Shown here: piece after piece, positions 37,456-46,099 of the stretch | Layout: each line of letters starts with the position of its first letter | Numbering within the stretch: the stretch's first letter is position 1 | Origin: Pseudomonadota bacterium | Lineage (GTDB): Bacteria; Campylobacterota; Campylobacteria; Campylobacterales; Sulfurimonadaceae | Assembly: GCA_043797085.1 (NCBI GenBank) | Contig: JAZDQA010000008.1 | Coordinates: forward strand, 96,001 to 160,000 | Reading direction: 5' to 3' | Length of the DNA: 64,000 nucleotides | Program-made: the position numbers and the translations under genes | Notes under the pieces: model-generated | Database searches by the model: none | The model's input: the letters and a program-made list of their open reading frames with translations, nothing else | What the model was told of the DNA's origin: nothing

Positions 37456-37851
37456 ATGTCAGTAATTATCGATGATACCTGTATCACGTGCGATGCGTGT
37501 TTACAACAATGTCCGGTCAATGCAATCTTAGATGATACCACAAGCCCGATGGGGAACAAACGTTATTACGTTGAACCGGAAAAATGTATCGAATGCGTCA
37601 GTGTGTATGATGATCCGCAATGTGCGGCGATTTGTCCGAGTATCGGATGTATTACGTGGGATATGCCTTTTACCAAAGAGTTCGATGCTCATTTTCTTAA
37701 TGAAGAGATCTATAAATTAGGGACAAAAAACGGTGTTCCAAAATCTCCCGCCTTTAGAGAGAAAAAATACCGCAAAGATATTCCTATCGAAATGCGTGGA
37801 GTAGGGCATATCGTCCAAGAAGAACCGGAAAACCTCGAAGAAGTGGGATAA
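37456..37851 (+). CDS. 2[4Fe-4S] ferredoxin, paralog of 36698-37072
   Basis: CITCDACLQQCP and CIECVS....PQCAAICP. Confidence 0.9.
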   Translation: MSVIIDDTCITCDACLQQCPVNAILDDTTSPMGNKRYYVEPEKCIECVSVYDDPQCAAICPSIGCITWDMPFTKEFDAHFLNEEIYKLGTKNGVPKSPAFREKKYRKDIPIEMRGVGHIVQEEPENLEEVG

Positions 37852-38192
37852 TGAACCCCATCAACAAAGTTGCCGCCAGACTCGACACTTTTGGCAGAGA
37901 TTGTGCGGTGACGGTCGCTTTGAAAATCAGCGATGATTCATGCAAGATGGATGAGGAACAGCGCTCTGTCTTTATGGCTCTTTACGATGCGCTTGAATCT
38001 TTTGAAAGTGAACTTTTTGATGAGAGTGTCAACACGCTAATTCATTCCGCCCGAACTGCTCCCTCCGCAACTCTTTATGCTCAGATCAAAAAAGAGCGTG
38101 AAATGGCAATGGCAATCATCACCCAAGAGAAGATGAAAGCGTTTAAAGCATCGGTTCGAGCCGCATTGCTGATCGCACAGTTAAATCAATAA
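37851..38192 (+). CDS. Hypothetical protein, last gene of the ferredoxin operon
   Basis: TAATG coupling; RDCAVTVALKI motif of unknown function. Confidence 0.7.
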   Translation: MNPINKVAARLDTFGRDCAVTVALKISDDSCKMDEEQRSVFMALYDALESFESELFDESVNTLIHSARTAPSATLYAQIKKEREMAMAIITQEKMKAFKASVRAALLIAQLNQ

Positions 38193-38239
38193 CCCAAAAT
38201 GCTCCCGTGCCGCAGAGGCATAATCTACATCACTTATCG

Positions 38240-38368
38240 TTATTTTTGTATCGCTTCGGATTCAGCGAAGGCTAACAGCTTTTTACCGATCCCTTTAGCT
38301 TGAAGTGATGGCTCAACCGTAAACAACCCGAAAGGGCTATCGTTTAGGGTGGCGTGTCTAAGAATCAT
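38240..38368 (-). pseudogene. Internally deleted GNAT acetyltransferase remnant (42 aa)
   Basis: MILRHATLND joined directly to FGLFTVEPSLQAKGIGKKLLAFAESEA (GNAT motif A, QxxGxG); below the ORF-track cut-off. Confidence 0.65.
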
Positions 38369-38439
38369 GATGGGATTTTAGCATAGGATTAAGGGTAAAA
38401 GAGTATTATAAGACAATAAAAAACATCAAAGGGGTGCAC

Positions 38440-38838
38440 ATGGGTGAGGGATTGGTACGATGCCGACAACGGATGGTCAACTACACCAAATCACTTGCTC
38501 ATCTACGTACTACAGTCGAAAAAGAGAGCCTCAACGAGATCGAAAAAGCGGGGTTGATTCAGTTTTTCGAGGTGGCATTTGAACTTTCGTGGAAAGTGAT
38601 GAAAGATTATCTCATCACTGAGGGTTATGATGTCAAAAGCCCACGTGAAGCGATCAAAACGGCGTTTGATTACGGACTGATAACAGATGGAGCCAAATGG
38701 CTCGAAGCTCTCGAAAAACGAAACCTCGCCGCCCACACCTATGATGAATCGATCCTCGATGAACTCGAAGAGTTGATAACTCACACCTATTATCCGATGA
38801 TGGAAGCTCTCAGAATCTCTCTCGAAGAGCGGCTATGA
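38440..38838 (+). CDS. HEPN / nucleotidyltransferase substrate-binding protein (HI0074 family)
   Basis: GLIQFFEVAFELSWKVMK, SPREAIK.AF, RNLAAHTY (RxxxxH). Confidence 0.9.
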   Translation: MGEGLVRCRQRMVNYTKSLAHLRTTVEKESLNEIEKAGLIQFFEVAFELSWKVMKDYLITEGYDVKSPREAIKTAFDYGLITDGAKWLEALEKRNLAAHTYDESILDELEELITHTYYPMMEALRISLEERL

Positions 38839-39128
38839 TCGGACTCTCACATTCGGAACTCCAAACACTCCGCGACGTTTTTTCCCGCTTTAGCGATATT
38901 TCCGAAGTGATCCTTTTCGGCTCCCGCGCACGAGGAACACACCGACCATCCTCCGATGTTGATCTCGCTCTCAAGGGGGGAAATCTCAGTATCGACACTC
39001 TCTCTAAACTCCGATATATCCTCGAAGAGGAGACCAATCTCCCTTATTTTTTTGATATTGTTGTTTATGATCGGGTGGAGAATGAGGCGTTGAAGAGGGA
39101 GATTGATGAGGATGGGGAAATAATATGA
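38835..39128 (+). CDS. Minimal nucleotidyltransferase (MNT) antitoxin
   Basis: LFGSRARG...SDVDLAL, LPYFFDIV. Confidence 0.9.
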   Translation: MIGLSHSELQTLRDVFSRFSDISEVILFGSRARGTHRPSSDVDLALKGGNLSIDTLSKLRYILEEETNLPYFFDIVVYDRVENEALKREIDEDGEII

Positions 39129-39922
39129 AAATAATTATTATTGGTAATGGATTTGATTTAAATTTAGGACTAAAAACAAGTTATAAAGATTTTATTGAAA
39201 GTGATTATTTTCAATCTTTAGCTGAGGAAAACAATTCATTGGCTGAATATTTAATGAGTAAATCTGATCTCAACAATTGGGTGGATATTGAAAAAGAAAT
39301 TACAGAATATTCTATACGAATTCAAAATACAGATCCCAATGTAAAAAGTCATTTTCAAGCATTAAAAGTAGCATTAGCTAAATACTTACTGGAAGCCCAA
39401 GAAACTGAAATTTATCAGGATTCTCAGGCCTTTAAGATGATTAAAGAAGAAATAGAAACAGCTGATAAAATTTATAATTTTAACTATACAAGTACAGTAT
39501 ATAAAGTTGCCGAAATATTAGGTATTGATATTTCAAATAAACACTCATATGTTCATGGTTCGATTAGCAATATGGATATTATATTTGGAGTTGAGGATAA
39601 AGCTAGAATTTATCCAAACCATATTTTTTTAAAAAAATCATATAATAAAAACTTTGGTGAATCGGATATTAGTCATTTTCTTAGACGTGAAAATGATGTA
39701 GTTCTATTTGGACATTCGCTAGGAATTACTGATAGTTCTTATTTTTCATCTTATATTTTTCAGCTTACTAGTGAATTTGATAATCCAGAATTGAAATTTT
39801 ACCATTACGGTGAAAGTGGCTATGATGAAATGATGATCATGCTTGATAATTACACATATAATAATTTAACAGAGTTTAAACATTATAATAATTTTATACC
39901 GATTGATTCATCTATCAAATAA
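39125..39922 (+). CDS. AbiH-family abortive infection protein
   Basis: IIIGNGFDLNLGLKTSYKDF, W.DIE, NFNYT, VHGS, FGHSLG.TD..YF; very AT-rich. Confidence 0.85.
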   Translation: MKIIIIGNGFDLNLGLKTSYKDFIESDYFQSLAEENNSLAEYLMSKSDLNNWVDIEKEITEYSIRIQNTDPNVKSHFQALKVALAKYLLEAQETEIYQDSQAFKMIKEEIETADKIYNFNYTSTVYKVAEILGIDISNKHSYVHGSISNMDIIFGVEDKARIYPNHIFLKKSYNKNFGESDISHFLRRENDVVLFGHSLGITDSSYFSSYIFQLTSEFDNPELKFYHYGESGYDEMMIMLDNYTYNNLTEFKHYNNFIPIDSSIK

Positions 39923-39964
39923 TTTTTTACTTTCTCACTTGAATTGAGGCGGTTTAGCACCTCT

Positions 39965-40426
39965 TTATATCACCTTGCTACTACGAAATTTAGAAGAATG
40001 GGCAAAGATGATTAGCCCGAAAAAGAGTGCGGAGATACCCCCTAAAATCAGAAGAAGCCATGTATCACTCGGATCAACTTCCAACAAAATGAGTTTTCGG
40101 ATGATAACGACAAATCCGATTTCAAGCAGTGTAAGCGCATACAAATAGCCGTTACGGATAAAGAGCGTTCGGACGATTGCCAGTACAATCAGCGTAAACA
40201 GCGCATCAGTCAAAATAATTTTCATATTTGCAAAGTCGAGGGCACCATGTTGCAAAGTCAAGTCGATGAGTGTGGTGGAGAGACCGATGAGACAGGAAAA
40301 AAGATAGACGATCATAATGGCGATAAAAAAGAGACGGAGAGCCTGAATACCTATTTGCATAAACTCTTCGATTTTATGTTCCCAAACAGGAGCCATTTTA
40401 GAAATAGGTTCAGTTGTGTCACTCAT
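39965..40426 (-). CDS. PsiE-like membrane protein
   Basis: Four TM segments; L.TLIVLAIVRT, LEIG.V..IRKLI. Confidence 0.7.
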   Translation of the reverse strand: MSDTTEPISKMAPVWEHKIEEFMQIGIQALRLFFIAIMIVYLFSCLIGLSTTLIDLTLQHGALDFANMKIILTDALFTLIVLAIVRTLFIRNGYLYALTLLEIGFVVIIRKLILLEVDPSDTWLLLILGGISALFFGLIIFAHSSKFRSSKVI

Positions 40427-40584
40427 TATAGGCTCTTTTGTAGAAATTTTTATGATTATAGTAATATCTCACTTCGAAAACAGTGAGGTTCTTTTATAAA
40501 CAATAATTGAGAAATCGTACAAGCGATTTAACTCTAAGTAAATAGGGGATAGACTTCCGAAAAACAATATCAAAGACCTATTTT

Positions 40585-41475
40585 ATGACTCAGTCAAATA
40601 CCACTGCACGCTATTATATCGGGATGATTGTTGCTATGCTCTTTTGGGGAGTTGCTTGGACGGCGGGCAAAGTTGCGGCTGAACATTCCAATGCTGAAGT
40701 AGCGGCATTTTGGCGTTATGCTATCTCGTTTATGACGATTATTCCTGTTATTTGGTATCTCAAAACACCGTTAAAAAGTGACAAAATTGGATATTTGTAT
40801 ATGCTTGCGGCTGGTGCCTTGACATCACTGTTTAACTACCTCTTTTTCGCAGGACTTTCACATGGTCAAGCGGGATATGGAGGGACGATGGTGACAGCAC
40901 TCGCTCCATTACTTACCTATTTTATGTCCATCGTAATTTTCGGGATAACAATAACAACGAGACAAATCATCGCATTGACCATCGGTATCTTTGGAGCGTC
41001 AATTTTATTGCGTATTCCATCCGAGGGATTTGCATTTTTAAATATTGAGAGTTCCTATTTTCTGGGATGTGCTTTGGTCTGGTCATTGGTAACGATCGTG
41101 TCTCAAAAAGCGACCAAGCGAGCCGATCCGATGTTTTATACCGTCATTGTTTTCGGTATTACGACGTTTATCAACATGCTCTTTGCCCTGCCGCACCATC
41201 CGTTTGATTTCGGTGCATATGATGTAGTATTTTGGTTGACGATCCTCTTTATCGGCGTGATTCCGGGGACATTTAGTACCGCGCTCTTTTTTCTCTCGGC
41301 AGGAAAAGTAGGGGCGCATCGAACGGGGGTGTTTATGTTTATCGTCCCCGTCGGAGCGATCGTATCGAGTTGGATCGTATACGGCGAAACGTTGGCAATC
41401 TCTACGCTCATCGGATGTCTGTTGGCATTTGCGGCTGTGATCTTGTTTAATGTGAAGAGATCAAAAAGAGTATAG
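40585..41475 (+). CDS. DMT/EamA-family transporter
   Basis: Ten TM segments, FWG..W, two EamA repeats. Confidence 0.88.
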   Translation: MTQSNTTARYYIGMIVAMLFWGVAWTAGKVAAEHSNAEVAAFWRYAISFMTIIPVIWYLKTPLKSDKIGYLYMLAAGALTSLFNYLFFAGLSHGQAGYGGTMVTALAPLLTYFMSIVIFGITITTRQIIALTIGIFGASILLRIPSEGFAFLNIESSYFLGCALVWSLVTIVSQKATKRADPMFYTVIVFGITTFINMLFALPHHPFDFGAYDVVFWLTILFIGVIPGTFSTALFFLSAGKVGAHRTGVFMFIVPVGAIVSSWIVYGETLAISTLIGCLLAFAAVILFNVKRSKRV

Positions 41476-41492
41476 ACTTTACAATAATCCTC

Positions 41493-43208
41493 TTACCGCG
41501 AAGCTACTTTATTCCTACCCTCATTTTTGGCGATGTAAAGAGCTTCATCGGCTCTCTTTAGTATGTTTTCTATGGTCGTGTCCTGAGAATGATCGATTTG
41601 GGATACGCCCAAACTGATGGTAAATTTAACGATTTGACGGTTTTCAAGAGTGATGCAGCACGATTCAATTTTTTCTCTAAACTCTTCGGCAATGAGCACT
41701 GCACTGTTTGCATCGGTTTCCGGTAATAAAATCACAAACTCTTCACCGCCGTATCGGCACATGAAATCACTCTTTCTCAGAGACGCTTGTAAAATATTGG
41801 CAAGTTCGATTAGGACTTTATCTCCGTTTGGATGACCGAAAGTATCATTGATATTTTTAAATTTATCGATATCAATCATAATGAGGGATAACGGTTTTTT
41901 ATTTCGAAGAGAAAGATTAAAAAGTGTGTTCGATGCATCGGAAAAATATCTTCGGTTATATAAACGAGTCAGCGGATCGGTGATGGAGAGAGACTTTAAC
42001 TCTTCTTGAGCGGCTTCAAGTTCATTAACGGAGACGCTGATGAGATGGGAGAGGGCTCGGATAGTCGTACTTTTGCTTTTCGTGGTTTGAAAAGTTATAG
42101 CTCGATCGTTGTATTTATCCGATTCACTTAAAGCCAATACCGTCATGCTTTGATTTAATAACTCTTTGGTGAAAAATTCGCCGTAGGTAAAAAAGCCGCT
42201 GGTTGGAGCGATTTTGTTGTACACGAGTGTCTCTTGTTCTATTTCCAAAGGGATAAACCTCCTTCGAGCCATGCATGAGTAGATAAAGACAGTCTCAACG
42301 GGAATGTTTGTGAAATGGTTAATATGATTTTGTGTTTCTGCGAGGATAATATCCGCATCCGCGTACCCGAATCGTACTTCGTCGCCATTTTTCAGATTTC
42401 CGGCGAAAATGAGTGAACCGTCGCTCTCTTTTGCTATCGGCGCTCTGGCGATATGGTTATCGTCTCTTTGGATAATCAGGGGAAACTCAATCCCTACAAA
42501 GGGAAGTTCTGCTCCGATCTCTTTTCCCAAATAATAGTTATAGGTCTCAATGGCACTTTTATCGTCTATCGTATAAACGCGGTTGTTTTTGGCATGGGTG
42601 ATTTTCAACGTTTTCCCGATAGGAAGCCAGTTAAAACTATAATCGCTGTAAACTTTTAAAGAGGATGAACTCAAAGAGACTCCGACCACACCCTCCGAAA
42701 CGATTGCTTCTTTGGTAAAAACATAGGTTTTGCTAAAAGTTGCGTTGTCTCCTGCTAACCCGCCTGCAATAGTGATGTCCGGATTGATAGTATGTATTCC
42801 GTTTAAAAACTCTTCACCATTGCCTCCTAAGCCATCGATAAAAGCAATAATGGCTTTGGTATCGTCTTGGATCACGGCTGATGCCAAATCGCTCCCCGCT
42901 TGATGATAGGAATCAAAGGTATCGGAGATATACGACTTCAGACGTACTGATTCAAAGGTTGAGAAACTAATGACGGTTTTATGGGTCGATACATAGCCGT
43001 CTTTTATCTCTCCATCCGTAGTGGTTCCGATGAGTGCAGAGAGGGGAAAATAGATCGAAAAAAAGTTTGTAAGTTTGGTAATAAATTTGAAATCATTTTG
43101 GGCAGTAAAAATTTGGATTAGAAGTTTGGAAGAATCTTGTAAATTATGATCCTCAATGAACTCGTTTAAAAGGGTATCGGAGGTGTAATAAGTGTTTAGA
43201 GTAATCAT
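41493..43208 (-). CDS. FIST-domain diguanylate cyclase
   Basis: GTTTDGEI, AGGLAGD, FIYSCMARR, GFFTYGEF; RYGGEEF. Confidence 0.9.
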   Translation of the reverse strand: MITLNTYYTSDTLLNEFIEDHNLQDSSKLLIQIFTAQNDFKFITKLTNFFSIYFPLSALIGTTTDGEIKDGYVSTHKTVISFSTFESVRLKSYISDTFDSYHQAGSDLASAVIQDDTKAIIAFIDGLGGNGEEFLNGIHTINPDITIAGGLAGDNATFSKTYVFTKEAIVSEGVVGVSLSSSSLKVYSDYSFNWLPIGKTLKITHAKNNRVYTIDDKSAIETYNYYLGKEIGAELPFVGIEFPLIIQRDDNHIARAPIAKESDGSLIFAGNLKNGDEVRFGYADADIILAETQNHINHFTNIPVETVFIYSCMARRRFIPLEIEQETLVYNKIAPTSGFFTYGEFFTKELLNQSMTVLALSESDKYNDRAITFQTTKSKSTTIRALSHLISVSVNELEAAQEELKSLSITDPLTRLYNRRYFSDASNTLFNLSLRNKKPLSLIMIDIDKFKNINDTFGHPNGDKVLIELANILQASLRKSDFMCRYGGEEFVILLPETDANSAVLIAEEFREKIESCCITLENRQIVKFTISLGVSQIDHSQDTTIENILKRADEALYIAKNEGRNKVASR

Positions 43209-43378
43209 TCAAGGGTTCTTTAATAAGATAAATTAATATAAAAGATTATAGCGTATATTATGTAGCTTATTTTTTTTGCTAAAATATTATTTATATTGAT
43301 AATTTTTTTATCTCAGTAACAATAACTGTTTCAGATTGCATGGTATGATTATAGACTAATGAGTTAACAGTGAGGAGA

Positions 43379-43687
43379 ATGAAGATGAACCCTTCTAAAG
43401 TGATCCGAGACAAAGTTACAAAACTCACCGATCTCCCAAATATCGGCAAGACGGTAGCCCATGATCTGACATTGATCGGGATTACCTCTCCTGAACAGCT
43501 CAAAGGGGAAGACCCTTATGATTTGTATATTCGTTTTTGCGAAGCATTCGGGGAGAGGCAAGATCCGTGTATGCTCGATGTTTTGATGTCGATCACCGAT
43601 TTTATGAACGGCGGTGAGGCTAGAGTGTGGTGGGACTATACCGCAGAGCGCAAAAAGCGGTACGGCAATGGGAGAATCGAAAATTAA
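43379..43687 (+). CDS. Helix-hairpin-helix 'pathogenicity locus' (Cdd1/McrB mitomycin-resistance-like) protein
   Basis: LTDLPNIGKTVA.DL..IGI, DPY.LY, QDPCMLDV, WWDYTAERK. Confidence 0.8.
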   Translation: MKMNPSKVIRDKVTKLTDLPNIGKTVAHDLTLIGITSPEQLKGEDPYDLYIRFCEAFGERQDPCMLDVLMSITDFMNGGEARVWWDYTAERKKRYGNGRIEN

Positions 43688-43726
43688 AAGCAGGTCTTTT
43701 CAAAATCGTTTCGCATCGCTAATTCC

Positions 43727-44317
43727 TTATTTTATATTTTGTTTTAAATGTTCATTCAATCCGTTAAGGACACTGTTTAGATCAAATTCTGATTTATAGA
43801 CATCATGGACACTGTAGCTTGGATAGGGTTGCGCACCACAAAATTGCAGTGTCTTATGTAGAGCAACATTAGCCTCATCGACGCTCATTCCCTCAAAAAA
43901 GCCTTTGGGATTATTGAACTCACTCTCGGGACAGTTATAGGTGAAACTGAGCATGTATCGCTTGCCCTCCATCAATCCTCCGCTTCCATAAGTCTTTGAT
44001 GGATCATTTCGACTGCGACCATCACTGGAATATGTGACCGTATTTACTCCGCTTGAGAAAATGTCATCAATGTATTTTTTACCTAGCCATGGTAATCCCA
44101 TCCAAAAAACGGGTGACTGGATAAAAAAGAGATCAGCCCATTGAAATTTTTCCAACTCAGATGCTGTGTTGTAGCCTTCGTCAATATTGGTTTCTTTTAC
44201 TTCATAGCCATTGTGTAGAAAAAAAGTTTTTGCTTCATTTAACAGATCTCTTGTTAAATTGCCGTTGGCAAAACCTTCATATTTTTGGTGTAGATTTAGT
44301 AATAGTACACGTTTCAT
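43727..44317 (-). CDS. mdaB: NAD(P)H quinone oxidoreductase, MdaB/flavodoxin-2 family
   Basis: P.FWMGLPW..KKYID, DGRSR.DPSK.YGSGG, YMLSFTYNCP. Confidence 0.82.
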   Translation of the reverse strand: MKRVLLLNLHQKYEGFANGNLTRDLLNEAKTFFLHNGYEVKETNIDEGYNTASELEKFQWADLFFIQSPVFWMGLPWLGKKYIDDIFSSGVNTVTYSSDGRSRNDPSKTYGSGGLMEGKRYMLSFTYNCPESEFNNPKGFFEGMSVDEANVALHKTLQFCGAQPYPSYSVHDVYKSEFDLNSVLNGLNEHLKQNIK

Positions 44318-44381
44318 TTATGCTCCTTAAAAGTAATCTTAGGTGAGATTTTATACAATACAGTGTTTTAAATCAAGAACG

Positions 44382-44412
44382 TACTAAAAAGTACTGTACA
44401 TACTAAAAGGTA
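44382..44412. promoter_or_regulatory. Candidate HxlR operator between the divergent mdaB and hxlR genes
   Basis: Direct repeat TACTAAAAAGTA (44382-44393) / TACTAAAAGGTA (44401-44412). Confidence 0.4.
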
Positions 44413-44420
44413 ACTATAAT

Positions 44421-44768
44421 ATGATTCAAGCTAACTTTAATTGCCATTTTGAGCTTACACTTGAATTGATAGGCGGAAAATGGAAAGGGCTTATCTTATG
44501 GCATCTGCTTGATAAAAAAGTTCTGCGTAACGGTGAAATGCTTCGTTTAATGCCGCGCATCACCCAAAAAATGCTGACTCAGCAACTGCGTGAGATGGAA
44601 GAGAATGGATTGATTTTGAGAGTGATTTATGAGCAAGTACCGCCCAAGGTAGAATACAGTCTAACGCCACATGGGACATCACTTCGCCCAATATTAGAAA
44701 TGATGATTGATTGGGGTGTGGATTACGCACAGGATAAAAATATCGTAATAGTTTGTAATAAAGGATAA
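44421..44768 (+). CDS. HxlR-family (MarR/DUF24) redox-sensing regulator
   Basis: C..E.TL.LIGGKWK, ITQKMLTQQLRE.E, VPPKVEYSLT. Confidence 0.92.
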   Translation: MIQANFNCHFELTLELIGGKWKGLILWHLLDKKVLRNGEMLRLMPRITQKMLTQQLREMEENGLILRVIYEQVPPKVEYSLTPHGTSLRPILEMMIDWGVDYAQDKNIVIVCNKG

Positions 44769-44770
44769 AT

Positions 44771-44998
44771 ATGGTTTCGGTTAAATATCTTCATGAGGTT
44801 CAAGCTGCATTGCTTTCAGGATTTATGAGTTTTATCATGTCAGGAGCGATTACGTTTATAAATCTTGGATTTGTTGATGGATTTATTGGGATATGGCTTC
44901 ATGCGTGGTTGGTTGCGTATGCCATTGCGTTTCCGACGATATTGCTAGTATTTCCATTTGCACGTAAGCTGGCGATGAAGATAGCAGCAAAACATTAG
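44771..44998 (+). CDS. DUF2798-like small membrane protein
   Basis: MSFIMSG..T..NLG...F...WL.AW..A..IAFP. Confidence 0.75.
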   Translation: MVSVKYLHEVQAALLSGFMSFIMSGAITFINLGFVDGFIGIWLHAWLVAYAIAFPTILLVFPFARKLAMKIAAKH

Positions 44999-45037
44999 GA
45001 CAGAAAAAATTATTGTTTTGATGATTAAAAAAAGAAG

Positions 45038-45114
<77 letters not shown>

Positions 45115-45286
45115 ACACTAGATGAAAGTATAGCAAAAAATCGAGGCATTTTTGATTGAATTGGTAGAATGTTTTCAATTTTGTCATGATTTGGCGTTTT
45201 TTCTAACAGTTTTTTCATAATCAAAATATGGTAACTCTATTGATTGTATGTTACAATTATTTACAATACACATAAAAGGCAAATGG

Positions 45287-46096
45287 ATGAAATTTTTTTT
45301 ACTAATGGTGATTAATATTCTTTTTTTAACCGCTCTTTTTGGAGAAAATCTTACATTTGGTGTCGTTCCGCAACAAAGTCCTATGAAACTTATGCAGGAC
45401 TGGAAGCCAATAATTGATTATCTTGAAAAAGCCACCGGGGATAAGATTACACTAAAAGTTGAACGTTCTATTCCGGAATTTGAAAAAGTTTTATACAGCG
45501 GCGGATACGACATCGCGTATATGAATCCGTATCATTATGTTGTTGCGCATAAAAAACAGGGGTATATCGCCAGTGTACGCGATGAAAAGAATTTAGTTGG
45601 GATTTTAGTGGTACGTAAAGAGAGCGGACTGCGTGATATTTCTATGCTCAAAGGAAAACAATTTCTTTTTCCTGCTCCGGATGCATTTGCAGCGACTTTG
45701 TTGACCAAATATGAGTTACTAAAAAAATACAATATCGATGTTGACCATAAGGAACAATTTCGTTATGTCAATTCTCATGATTCGGTTTATAAAGGTGTTG
45801 CTCGTGGAATCGGTGACGTAGGTGGGGGAATTCAAAGAACATTGGAAAATCTAAATGATCCAGAGGCAAAAGAAGCATTGATAATATTGTATAAAACAAA
45901 AGCCTATCCAAGCCATCCTTTTGCGATAAAACCATCAATCTCAGACAGAACAAAAGCAAAGCTAAGGAAAGCTCTTTTAGCCACACCTGAGGATCTTCTG
46001 GAGGATTTAAGCATAAAACATCTTATCAAAATTGAAGATTCTGAGTATGACAGTATCCGAGATATTGCAAAAGCTCTATCGCCGAATCAAGATTAA
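45287..46096 (+). CDS. Phosphate/phosphonate-type periplasmic binding protein (PhnD-like), paired with a kinase
   Basis: Signal peptide; FGVVPQQSP, DIAYMNPYHY, FP.P.AFAA, SHDSVY. Confidence 0.82.
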   Translation: MKFFLLMVINILFLTALFGENLTFGVVPQQSPMKLMQDWKPIIDYLEKATGDKITLKVERSIPEFEKVLYSGGYDIAYMNPYHYVVAHKKQGYIASVRDEKNLVGILVVRKESGLRDISMLKGKQFLFPAPDAFAATLLTKYELLKKYNIDVDHKEQFRYVNSHDSVYKGVARGIGDVGGGIQRTLENLNDPEAKEALIILYKTKAYPSHPFAIKPSISDRTKAKLRKALLATPEDLLEDLSIKHLIKIEDSEYDSIRDIAKALSPNQD

Positions 46097-46099
46097 AGG

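Noticed and set aside
38193..38430. Structured ncRNA downstream of the ferredoxin operon
   Set aside because: Better explained by the minus-strand GNAT remnant.
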